Assembly: GCA_965242635.1 (NCBI GenBank)
Contig: OZ251471.1
Span: 1,426,769 to 1,490,768 of the forward strand
Reading direction: 5' to 3'
From: Bdellovibrionales bacterium
Lineage (GTDB): Bacteria > Bdellovibrionota > Bdellovibrionia > Bdellovibrionales > UBA1609
Length of the DNA stretch: 64,000 nucleotides
Shown here in pieces: positions 55,949 to 64,000 of the stretch. How positions within the stretch are numbered: the first letter of the stretch is position 1; the number at the start of each line of letters is the position of its first letter. Made by a program: the position numbers and the translations under genes. The notes under the pieces are model-generated. The model was not told the DNA's origin. It saw only the letters and a program-made list of their open reading frames with translations, and made no database searches.

Positions 55949-55996
55949 AAAAAGGCTTTGCAAGCTTTTTTTTTCTGGTGTTATAATGTCCAAACA

Positions 55997-57823
55997 ATGA
56001 GGTTTTTTGTCTGTTTTATCTCTTTTTGTCTGTTTTCCCTGCCCATGGCCGGCCACAGCTGGCCACAGCCCCTTCAGGTCAAGCTCCCGCAGGCCAATCA
56101 GCCCCCACAGGTCAAGCCCCTTCAGGCCAACCAGCCCCCACAGGCCAACCAACCTCTCCGGAAAGCCATAGACAAATTATGGGAAAAACTGCAAAGCCCA
56201 CCACCCACACAAACAGATCGGGAAACCCCCTCAGACAAAGACACAACAGAGGAGCAGGCCCAAAAAACCCCCTCAGACAAAGACACAACACAACAGCAGG
56301 CCCAGGAAAAAAACCAGGAAAAAGCCTCTCCGGCCAAAGAGGGTCCCGCTGAGCACTCAACCCCCCCGCCCCGCCACCTCCCAGAAAAAGAAGTGGCCCA
56401 AAAAGAAAAAACCACCCAAAATACCACAAAACCCGCTGACAAGCCTTCACTCGCTCATGATCCTGAAAATTCCAATGGGCCAGAAAGCACACCCTCTGCC
56501 GATTCAGAAAGCACACCCTCTGCCAATTCAGCCAAAACCTCCAAAGAGCCACAGCCACAACAAGAACCCCGTCCCACAAATCAAAATACATGCACTGTGG
56601 AGCTGAAAGTGGAAGGCACTATCGGGCCGGCCACTTTGGATATTCTGAACAAGGCCATTCAGGAAGTGAAACAACAAAAGTGTGCCTCCCTGCTCCTCCT
56701 CATCAACACCCCCGGAGGGCAACTCCTCAGCACCCGCAAAATAGTGGACCGGATTTTAAACACCCCCTTCCCGGTGCTCTGTCTCATCCACCCGGCCGGG
56801 GCCCATGCAGGAAGTGCCGGGGCCATTATCATGCAAGCCTGCCATGTCAACGGGGGCCTTTCAGCCACCAATATAGGGGCCGCCACCCCCATCACCGGCG
56901 GAGGCGGAAAAATGTCCCCGGACCTGAGGAAAAAAATGATCAACGACACCAGCTCCTGGCTGGATTCGCTTACCGCTTTAAGAAAAAGAAGCCAGAAATT
57001 CGGACGGGAGATTGTGACAGAAGCCAAAGCCCTCAGTGCCAAAGAGGCCCAAAAAGAAAAAGCCATAGACTTTGTGGGTCAGACAAAACAGGATTTTCTG
57101 CTTTTTGCAAAAGGAAGAGAAGTGACGGTCAAAGACGGACAAAGCCTTTTGGTGGAGGTGGGGGACCTGATCCCCATGAAACTGGGTTTCAGGCACTCTC
57201 TGGTTTCCCTTATCACAGAACCGGAGATTATTTATATTCTTTTTACCGGAAGCCTTATGTTGCTCTATTTTGAGATCACCCACCCAGGGCTTGGTGCACC
57301 GGGGATTTTGGGGCTTATGGGCCTGGTGCTTTCTTTTATGGGCATGCACAAACTGGATTTTTCCTACGCGGGCCTCATCCTGATTCTATTGGCAATGGCT
57401 TTGTTTTTGGCCGAGGTCTTTATTGCCGGCTTTGGCATTTTTGGGGCTGGCGGAGTGGTCTCTTTTGTGTTGGGCAGTGTGCTTTTGTTTGATCCGGCCA
57501 AAACGGGCGGTGTGGATATTCCCCTTTCCCTGATTGCCGGTGTTTCCACCGTGTTTGCCCTGATTATGGGCCTGATTGCCTACATGGCCTACGCCACCAT
57601 CAGGATGAAAAAGAAAAGCAGTATCAGTGACGACTTTATGGATCAGGAGGCTTTGCCGGCAGAAGTGATCCAGGTCAATGAGGACGGCTGTTCCGGCTTG
57701 GTGTTTATCAATGGGGAAAACTGGCGTTTTAAATCCCAGAAAAAAGTCCAAAAAGGACAACAGGTCCGCACCCTTCGCCACCACCACCTGATACTGGAAG
57801 TGGAACCTCTGCCCACTCCTTAA
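55997..57823 (+). CDS. nfeD: NfeD-family membrane-bound ClpP-class serine protease with long N-terminal low-complexity extension
   Basis: 'GTIGPATLDILNKAI..LLLLINTPGGQLLSTRKIV..HPAGAHAGSAGAII', TM block, C-terminal OB. ATG 55997 followed by a signal peptide. Confidence 0.8.
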   Translation: MRFFVCFISFCLFSLPMAGHSWPQPLQVKLPQANQPPQVKPLQANQPPQANQPLRKAIDKLWEKLQSPPPTQTDRETPSDKDTTEEQAQKTPSDKDTTQQQAQEKNQEKASPAKEGPAEHSTPPPRHLPEKEVAQKEKTTQNTTKPADKPSLAHDPENSNGPESTPSADSESTPSANSAKTSKEPQPQQEPRPTNQNTCTVELKVEGTIGPATLDILNKAIQEVKQQKCASLLLLINTPGGQLLSTRKIVDRILNTPFPVLCLIHPAGAHAGSAGAIIMQACHVNGGLSATNIGAATPITGGGGKMSPDLRKKMINDTSSWLDSLTALRKRSQKFGREIVTEAKALSAKEAQKEKAIDFVGQTKQDFLLFAKGREVTVKDGQSLLVEVGDLIPMKLGFRHSLVSLITEPEIIYILFTGSLMLLYFEITHPGLGAPGILGLMGLVLSFMGMHKLDFSYAGLILILLAMALFLAEVFIAGFGIFGAGGVVSFVLGSVLLFDPAKTGGVDIPLSLIAGVSTVFALIMGLIAYMAYATIRMKKKSSISDDFMDQEALPAEVIQVNEDGCSGLVFINGENWRFKSQKKVQKGQQVRTLRHHHLILEVEPLPTP

Positions 57824-59217
57824 CCATGTTTTTTCACGATAAAATGTTTCCACTCACTTAGTTGATCGGGGCTGAGCCGTGCATGGCATAAAGTGCCAAA
57901 AGAACCTGATTCTTTTTTGAACACAGCCCCTTTTCGTGTCAAGGCATATATCTTATCCTCCACCAAGGCAGGAAAATAAAGCTGAACTTCCTCTTTATCC
58001 AATTCAGTCAGCTCTTTGGAGATGGCTTTTTTCAAATTGTTCAGCCCCTCCCCCCGGACAGCACTCACAAACACCCTGGGAGGGCATGCTCCAGAGCGGC
58101 CATTTGCCACAGGGTGAGGGGCTGGAGGGGCCGGCAAAATATCCACTTTATTATACACTTCAATACAGGGTTTTTGATCCCACTTGAGTTCCTGCAAAAG
58201 CTTATGCACTGTGTTTATCTGAACAGGCATTAAGGGCGTGGCTATGTCAATGACATGCAAAAGGAGATCCGCCTCAGCGGATTCCTCCAAAGTGGCCTTA
58301 AAAGCCTCTATCAGATGAGGGGACAGGTTTTGAATAAAGCCCACAGTGTCTGTGAACAGGGCCGTCTGACCTGCCCCTGTATGGACCTTTCTGATGGTGG
58401 GATCCAGGGTCATAAAAGGAAGATCAGCCACAGGAGCGGAGAGGCTGTTGGTGAGAGCATTCAAAAGAGAGCTTTTTCCTGAGTTGGTATAACCTATAAG
58501 GGCAATATTTCGGACTTTGTTTTTTTTCCTTAAATTTCTGTGGCCCTTTCTCACCTGACGGACTTTTTCCAGTTTTTGCCGGATTTTTTTGACCCGTCTT
58601 TTAATGGCCCTTCGGTCCTTTTCAATGGCCTTCTCCCCAGGGCCTTTGGTTCCAATACCTCCGCCCTGCCGGGACAGGGAAGACATCCACGCACCCACCA
58701 TCCGGGGCAGTTCATCCAAAGCACGGGCCAACTCCACCTGCAATTTGCCTTCGTAAGTGCGGGCCCTTTGTGCAAAAATATCCAGGATCAACTGGTGGCG
58801 GTCCATCACAGGCACCCCCAACTCTTTTTCCAAATTTCGAATCTGAACACCGGAAAGAGAAGTGTCAAAAATCACCCCACCGGAACAGGTGCTTTCCAGC
58901 TTTTCCTTTATTTCCTGAATTTTGCCCTTCCCGACAAAGGTGGCTGGCTCTGTTTTTTTATAACGATGGCCCTTGGATTCTTCTGATTTTACCTGAGGCC
59001 CGATAACCTGATACAAAAGCCCCTGGCCATTGAGGCCACTCGCCCTCACCAACTCTTTAAACTCTGCCACCCGTGCCACAGACAGAGGATGGGAGGAGGG
59101 ATGATAAGGCACAAAAAGCAGAACCTTTTTGTTTGGTTGTAAGGTGTTTATAGCCACCCCCTGCTTATACCACGTTACTCTCCCCCTGACAAGTGGTTTT
59201 TTTTGTGTTTCAGGCAA
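57820..59217 (-). CDS. hflX: GTPase HflX
   Basis: 'LIGYTNSGKSSLLNALT', 'DTVGFI', 'NKVD'. N-terminal HflX domain 'LILDIFAQRARTYEGKLQVELA'. Confidence 0.9.
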   Translation of the reverse strand: MPETQKKPLVRGRVTWYKQGVAINTLQPNKKVLLFVPYHPSSHPLSVARVAEFKELVRASGLNGQGLLYQVIGPQVKSEESKGHRYKKTEPATFVGKGKIQEIKEKLESTCSGGVIFDTSLSGVQIRNLEKELGVPVMDRHQLILDIFAQRARTYEGKLQVELARALDELPRMVGAWMSSLSRQGGGIGTKGPGEKAIEKDRRAIKRRVKKIRQKLEKVRQVRKGHRNLRKKNKVRNIALIGYTNSGKSSLLNALTNSLSAPVADLPFMTLDPTIRKVHTGAGQTALFTDTVGFIQNLSPHLIEAFKATLEESAEADLLLHVIDIATPLMPVQINTVHKLLQELKWDQKPCIEVYNKVDILPAPPAPHPVANGRSGACPPRVFVSAVRGEGLNNLKKAISKELTELDKEEVQLYFPALVEDKIYALTRKGAVFKKESGSFGTLCHARLSPDQLSEWKHFIVKKHG

Positions 59218-59314
59218 ATAAAATGGACTTTTTCAAGAAAAAGCTTGACAAAATCCATAAAAAATGTTCTGATATGAAGGTTGTGGCTAAAGGGCCAAAA
59301 CAAAAGAGAGGGTT

Positions 59315-59962
59315 ATGCAACAAAAAAGCAAAATTTTTTCAAACAAACAGGGCCTTTGTGTATTGAAAAGGCTGATGGTGTGCTCTGTGGCCCTGATCTT
59401 GGGGTGGAATCTGGCTTATGGTGCGGATTCTGACAGCTCAGCGGGGCAAAACCGCCTCCAACAGCAAAAGAACGAAAAACCAAAGCCGGCCTGGGATTTT
59501 GATACAAAAGAGGACAGGGAACCCAATCCCAACGAATACCAAGTCCCAACAGCTCCTCCGACTGACTTGTCGCCTGAGATATCAGTGCTGAAATTGTCTT
59601 TTCATCGTTGGCCCAATAAAAAGGAAACTGCTCTCATTATAAAATACGCCACGGAACATGGTTTAAAAAAAACAGATGCTTTTTTTAAAAAGTGGTTTTT
59701 TGAATTGGATGAACCAAAAAGCTATGGTGTGGCCTCGAGGATTTGTGACGGTTTTCCCAAACTTCCTTCCATTAAAATTTGTTCACCGAGCGATCCTTCA
59801 GATCGAGGGTATGCCCAAAAACATTCTGTTGGATTGTCTGCACCACAAATGCCACATTATAATACTTGCAACCTGGCTAAAGACCATCGCAAGTATTGGG
59901 TACAGAACCTGATTGGCACTGATCTTTTAAGAGAGGAACTTAAAAAAAAAAGCCGGAAATAA
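59315..59962 (+). CDS. N-terminal part (signal peptide + pro-region) of a subtilisin-family protease, terminated after an A10 run
   Basis: Signal 'LMVCSVALILGWNLAYGA'. Ends '..YWVQNLIGTDLLREELKKKSRK*'. See 60064..61686. Confidence 0.7.
   Translation: MQQKSKIFSNKQGLCVLKRLMVCSVALILGWNLAYGADSDSSAGQNRLQQQKNEKPKPAWDFDTKEDREPNPNEYQVPTAPPTDLSPEISVLKLSFHRWPNKKETALIIKYATEHGLKKTDAFFKKWFFELDEPKSYGVASRICDGFPKLPSIKICSPSDPSDRGYAQKHSVGLSAPQMPHYNTCNLAKDHRKYWVQNLIGTDLLREELKKKSRK
59942..59951. repeat. A10 homopolymer at the frame break of the S8 protease gene
   Basis: Counted directly. The downstream reading frame is open from 59944. Confidence 0.95.
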
Positions 59963-60063
59963 AAATTAATATCGCTTTATTTGAAGTCCCCACAACCCTT
60001 AAAAATATTCACCATGATACAGCCGTTCAACATCTCATTGCCGGTCCAGGCCCTCATGCCGTT

Positions 60064-61686
60064 TTGCCCATGGTGTCCAAAAATAATCCTCAACTGCGGG
60101 TTTTTCCCATACACTCAAATAATTCCATTGGCAAGTATATTAAAAATTTTGAAGAAACTGTTAAAAAAACCTGCCAAGCTCATCCCCATTATCAAACACT
60201 GGAATATGAAAAGTGTGTTCAGGGTATTTACCCTCATTATATTAACTTTTCTGTAGGGTATCACAAAGAGCCTGAAGATTTTACTTATGTAAAATATCAA
60301 AACTGGCCAAAAAAGGAAAAACAGAGGATAGAAAAAGAAGCCAGAGAGCATTTCAATAAAAAATCTTCGGGCTCTTTGACAGAGCAGGAAATAAAAAAAT
60401 TTCTTCAGCACAGAAAAGACAGACTTGAAGATGATTATCAAGACATTTCATCTGCTTTTGCAAGGGCCAGTTTTTACAGCACTTTGGTTCAATCGGCTGG
60501 TAATGACGGTAAGAACAATAAGCCTGTTTCCTCGGTCGCTGTCCAAAACTCTCAGTCAGCCAATGCCATTATTGTGGGGAGCCTGACTCCCAATGGCTCC
60601 AAAAGCTCCTTTTCTCAGGAACACCCCGAAGTGCATATTATGGCACCGGCAGATAAAAGCATTGGCACAACCAATGCTTTTGGCCAAACAGTGAACTTTA
60701 GTGGCACCAGTGCCTCTGCCCCTTTGGTCACCGGGGCTTTAGCCTCTTTTAACTGGATGTCCGGCTATCACCCCACACCCGAAGAGTCCAAAATCCTATT
60801 GCGAATGACAGCTGTCCCGCATAAATACTCCAACAACAAACCCCGGACAAATGGTTTTGGCATGCTCAATGCCTATAAAATAGGCATGCTGGGCAAAAAG
60901 TTAAAAGAAAAATGTGGTGGGCTTAAACACTGTTTTAAAATGAGTCTCAGGGATGACAAAACTTATAACGACTTGTTGGAATATGATAAGAATTTGTTTA
61001 AGGATGTGGAAAAGGCTTTTCCTGAGTGCAGTCAGTTGGCTTGTGCCGGGCCGGCACAAGCCACAAGTTCCTGTTCAGAGAAAAAAGAGGTGTTAAAAAG
61101 GCTGAGAAAGCAGGCTTTTTTAAGGCCCTGGAGTCATGAGATGTGGAGACATTTGTCCTGTATTTATGCGGGTTCTGGTTTTAAAGACACTTCAGAGTCA
61201 ATGATAAACAGTTACATGGCTCTTTTTCAACATGATAAAACACATGATAACAGGCATTACTGTAAAACAGATGAGGATTGTGTGTTGGTGCCGGAGTGTC
61301 CACAAACTGTTTATGCCAATAAGCAGGGGATTTCGCAAATGAAGGCCTTAAACAGGATGATGGCAGAGGCTTATTATAATTTGGAATATTATGGCAAGTG
61401 CCGGCAAAAGCCCAGGTGTAATGACAAATGCCGTTGTGGGAACAGGGAAAGGGTGTTACAGAAGGAGGAAACAGATCCCAAGACAGGCGGGAAGGTGTTG
61501 TCGTATACTGAATATAAGGCCAGTTGTGTGAATGCACGATGTGTTTTAAGTAAGGATAAGGTGCTTGAGCAGGCCGGGCTGTCCAAAAAAGCCATAAAGG
61601 GGCCGGCAAAGGCCACAAAGCCTGCTCCTTTACCGGATCCGCCTTTGAAAAGTGCCAAAGGGACATCTGCTGGCTCTGTGAAGTAA
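60064..61686 (+). CDS. Subtilisin-family (S8) serine protease catalytic and Cys-rich C-terminal part. The frame extends upstream to 59944 and includes the His motif
   Basis: 'INFSVGY', 'SAGNDG', 'GTSASAPLVTGA'. Upstream in-frame 'IALFEVPTTLKNIHHDTAVQHLIAG' has no start codon of its own. Confidence 0.8.
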   Translation: MPMVSKNNPQLRVFPIHSNNSIGKYIKNFEETVKKTCQAHPHYQTLEYEKCVQGIYPHYINFSVGYHKEPEDFTYVKYQNWPKKEKQRIEKEAREHFNKKSSGSLTEQEIKKFLQHRKDRLEDDYQDISSAFARASFYSTLVQSAGNDGKNNKPVSSVAVQNSQSANAIIVGSLTPNGSKSSFSQEHPEVHIMAPADKSIGTTNAFGQTVNFSGTSASAPLVTGALASFNWMSGYHPTPEESKILLRMTAVPHKYSNNKPRTNGFGMLNAYKIGMLGKKLKEKCGGLKHCFKMSLRDDKTYNDLLEYDKNLFKDVEKAFPECSQLACAGPAQATSSCSEKKEVLKRLRKQAFLRPWSHEMWRHLSCIYAGSGFKDTSESMINSYMALFQHDKTHDNRHYCKTDEDCVLVPECPQTVYANKQGISQMKALNRMMAEAYYNLEYYGKCRQKPRCNDKCRCGNRERVLQKEETDPKTGGKVLSYTEYKASCVNARCVLSKDKVLEQAGLSKKAIKGPAKATKPAPLPDPPLKSAKGTSAGSVK

Positions 61687-61835
61687 GGTTCTTTTGTTTG
61701 AAACACGGAGTTCTGCCTTGGACACAAAGTGTCCCGCAGGAATGACAGATTCTCTGCTTTTCAGGCAAATAAGGGTGCAGGCAGGCTTGCCCCTCAAAGT
61801 GGGCTTGTGCTATGCTTGAGCCTGCCTCAACCAAA

Positions 61836-61975
61836 ATGGTCGCAAACCGTGAGGCAATGGTCGCAAACCGACTGGCAATGGTCGCAAACCGTGAGGCAAT
61901 GGTCGCAAACCGACTGGCAATGGTCGCAAACCGACTGGCAATGGTCGCAAACCGACTGGCAATGGTCGCAAAAAT
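61836..61975. repeat. 21-bp tandem repeat x ~6.5 upstream of the cupin gene
   Basis: ATGGTCGCAAACCGTGAGGCA (A) / ATGGTCGCAAACCGACTGGCA (B), order A-B-A-B-B-B-partial. Confidence 0.95.
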
Positions 61976-62011
61976 GCAAAAAAAAACTGTTCAGAACAAA
62001 GGAAAAAGAAC

Positions 62012-62317
62012 ATGATTGTGCATCGCTGGCAAGCCCCTGCCCTGCCCACAGCAGAGCAAATTTTAAAGATTTTTGAGCGGGAGGGCCTGAAACCCACAGA
62101 GGAAATCTATCAACCGGGAGAGGAAGTCAAAACCCACCACCATCCCTTTGATGAGGTCCGGATGCTGGTCAAAGGCTCTCTCATGATCGATATCGCCGGA
62201 AACCGCCTCCTGCTGAGAGAAGGGGATAAAATTATCATCCCCTCCAATACCCGGCACTCCAAAAAAGCCCAGGGGCAAAACCCCTGTATCTGTATATGCT
62301 CCTACAAAGCCTTCTAA
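62012..62317 (+). CDS. Cupin-domain protein
   Basis: 'EEVKTHHHPFDEVRMLVKGSLMIDIAGNRLLLREGDKIIIPSNTRHS' (cupin_2 pattern). Confidence 0.7.
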   Translation: MIVHRWQAPALPTAEQILKIFEREGLKPTEEIYQPGEEVKTHHHPFDEVRMLVKGSLMIDIAGNRLLLREGDKIIIPSNTRHSKKAQGQNPCICICSYKAF

Positions 62318-62373
62318 AGGGGTGGTTTTGCTTGGCAAATCAACAGATATAATGCTAATTTTGAGGTCATAAA

Positions 62374-62448
<75 letters not shown>

Positions 62449-62542
62449 GAATCAGGTGGCTCTGGGGGCTTGCTTTTGTTTTCTGCCCCCATTATACTGA
62501 TCAGGCTTGAAAGGGCTTGGTTTTAAACCGGTTATTTCCTGC

Positions 62543-62610
62543 TGGTTCGGCCCAAAGCATCAGTTGGCCAAAAACACTGGTTCAATCAAAGCATTGGTTC
62601 GGCCAAAAGA
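62543..62610. repeat. Degenerate ~17-bp repeat x4 just upstream of atpG
   Basis: TGGTTCGGCCCAAAGCA / TCAGTTGGCCAAAAACAC / TGGTTCAATCAAAGCA / TTGGTTCGGCCAAAAGA. Confidence 0.6.
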
Positions 62611-62626
62611 GACAAGGACTTAAGAC

Positions 62627-63499
62627 ATGAGCGGTTTAAAAGGTATTCGCACCCGTATTGAGAGTGTCAAAAACACCGGGCAAATCACACAGGCCATGAA
62701 GATGGTGGCCACCGCCCGTCTGCGTAAAGCCGAGTCCCGTATTGTCCGCTTGCGTCCTTATGCCAGGCATATCCTTTCTGTTATGGCGGATGTGGCTCTG
62801 TCCTGCCAGATAAATCACCCTTTGCTGAAACAAAACAAGAAAATTCAAAGAGCTTTGGTGGTGGTGCTCACCTCTGACAGAGGGCTTTGCGGAGGCTTTA
62901 ACAACAATATTTGTCGCTTTGCAGAAAGTTTTTATCATTCCCACAAGGAAAAGGGGGAGATGGATTTTTTCTTTATTGGGAAAAAAGCCAAGGCTTATTT
63001 TCAGTTTCGTGGCCTTAAGGGTGTGGATGAAATATTCAATCTGGATAAGGAGGTCTCCTATCCTTTGGCAGGGAAAGTGGCTCATCAGCTTATGCAAAGC
63101 TTTGGTCAGGGGGATTATGATGGCATTTACTTTATTTATAACAGCTACCAGTCTGTTATGTCCCAAAAAGTGGTCCAGGAGGTGTTTTTGCCGGTGGATC
63201 TCTCCCAAGCCCCTTTGAGCCGGCAAAAGCAATTTTCCAAAGATCTGATTTTTGAAACAGCACCGGAAGAGTTGCTGGAGAATTTGATAGAAAAGCATTT
63301 TACTGTTCAGGTGTATCGCTGTATGTGCGAGAGTGTGGCAGGGGAGTATGGGGCCCGGATGTCTGCCATGGAAAACGCCACCAAAAACGCCCGTGATATT
63401 ATTGACCGCCTCACTTTGACTTTTAACAAAATGAGACAAAGTGCCATTACAACAGAGCTGATAGAGGTCAGCAGTGGAGCCTCAGCCCTCAAATCTTAG
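62627..63499 (+). CDS. atpG: F0F1 ATP synthase gamma subunit
   Basis: 'IRTRIESVKNTGQITQAMKMVATARLRKA', '..ARMSAMENATKNARDIIDRLTLTFNKMRQSAITTELIEV'. Confidence 0.9.
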   Translation: MSGLKGIRTRIESVKNTGQITQAMKMVATARLRKAESRIVRLRPYARHILSVMADVALSCQINHPLLKQNKKIQRALVVVLTSDRGLCGGFNNNICRFAESFYHSHKEKGEMDFFFIGKKAKAYFQFRGLKGVDEIFNLDKEVSYPLAGKVAHQLMQSFGQGDYDGIYFIYNSYQSVMSQKVVQEVFLPVDLSQAPLSRQKQFSKDLIFETAPEELLENLIEKHFTVQVYRCMCESVAGEYGARMSAMENATKNARDIIDRLTLTFNKMRQSAITTELIEVSSGASALKS

Positions 63500-63591
63500 A
63501 CCCTTCATCCCTGATTTTTAGAACCGGTCCAATCAAAGTTTTCAGAGTTTCCAAACTTAATACGCAATGTGTCAATCTATTTTAGAAAAAT

Positions 63592-63924
63592 TTACAAAGA
63601 ATTAAAAAGTGCCCTCCAATCAGAAGACCTCCATTTTAGATGCCCTGTGCTAAAAATATAAGCGTCATCATGTGAAAACTTATTAATTCCTTCAAACTTA
63701 ATGTCGCCTTCAATACATTCCTTTTGTTTTATATCATTTAAAAATCTTTTTTTATATCTTCCTTTCCAGGATTTGATTGTATAATGCTTACGACCTCTTT
63801 TTCCATCATATTCATAGTTATCAGAATTGACATTTTCTGAATGAACAAAACCAACAATATAGGCAGGAATCCTGTTCAAATCAGGAATGGTGGCGAAAAA
63901 ATGATCCGCTTCTTTTTTTTTCAA
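63592..63924 (-). CDS. AT-rich hypothetical ORF. It may continue upstream (beyond the window end) across an A9 run in another frame
   Basis: ORF call only. The adjacent frame is open from nt 64000 down to the A9/T9 run at 63913-63921. Confidence 0.35.
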   Translation of the reverse strand: MKKKEADHFFATIPDLNRIPAYIVGFVHSENVNSDNYEYDGKRGRKHYTIKSWKGRYKKRFLNDIKQKECIEGDIKFEGINKFSHDDAYIFSTGHLKWRSSDWRALFNSL

Positions 63925-64000
63925 AATACCCTTTCTCTACAGCTCTTCTTAAAAGCTTATCTTTAAAGACACTGATTGTCTTAAAAAAAGAAAAAATATG

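Noticed and set aside
61729-62097. ORFs 61729..62076 (+), 61812..62015 (+) and 61810..62097 (-) across the 21-bp array
   Set aside because: Multiple frames on both strands are open only because a stop-free 21-mer is repeated. No start context or domain supports them. Residual coding possibility is noted in the findings.

Overview
This is a 64-kb bacterial chromosomal window with one tRNA, no rRNA and no CRISPR array. Envelope genes (lipobox lipoproteins, a beta-barrel porin ending in Phe, MurJ, RseP, an SLT-domain protein) point to a Gram-negative organism. The taxon cannot be assigned without a database search. All product calls come from motifs recognised by eye; no searches or folding were run.

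Backbone genes: sensor histidine kinase, RNase HI-like, pepP, IHF-like/MerR pair, STAS protein, rnhB, glyQS, sodC, DoxX, murC, polyprenyl synthase, SAM methyltransferase, ligA-rluD-tsaB, rseP, murJ, argS, spoVG, ferredoxin, nfeD, hflX, cupin, tRNA-Thr(GGU) and atpG.

Interleaved accessory content: many lineage-specific secreted proteins and lipoproteins, three orphan P-loop ATPase + wHTH genes, two toxin-first type II TA pairs plus a HicB-like remnant, and an unusually dense set of repeats. The tandem intergenic units are 11, 14, 17, 20, 21, 68, 83, 85, 109 and 136 bp. There is also an ATTCCC-N8-GGGAAT REP hairpin family and a ~180-bp structured dispersed element.

Best leads:
1. A lipoprotein gene whose signal peptide is split by a C14 tract, followed by triplicated C-terminal 'tail + stop' modules.
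2. An AT-rich ATPase cassette bracketed by arrays of a terminator-like 83-bp hairpin unit and a 46-nt duplication that includes the merR 3' end.
3. An S8 protease split at an A10 slippery run.
4. A 1044-aa ORF joining a pterin-type aromatic amino-acid hydroxylase-like domain, an internal signal/TM segment and an HExxH domain, translationally coupled to a ferredoxin, all inside a 5.9-kb segment flanked by ~105-bp direct repeats.
5. Short phased repeat arrays (11-bp x6, 21-bp x6.5) that look like protein-binding arrays.

Caveat: all three frame breaks sit on homopolymers (C14, A10, A9), so assembly error must be excluded first.
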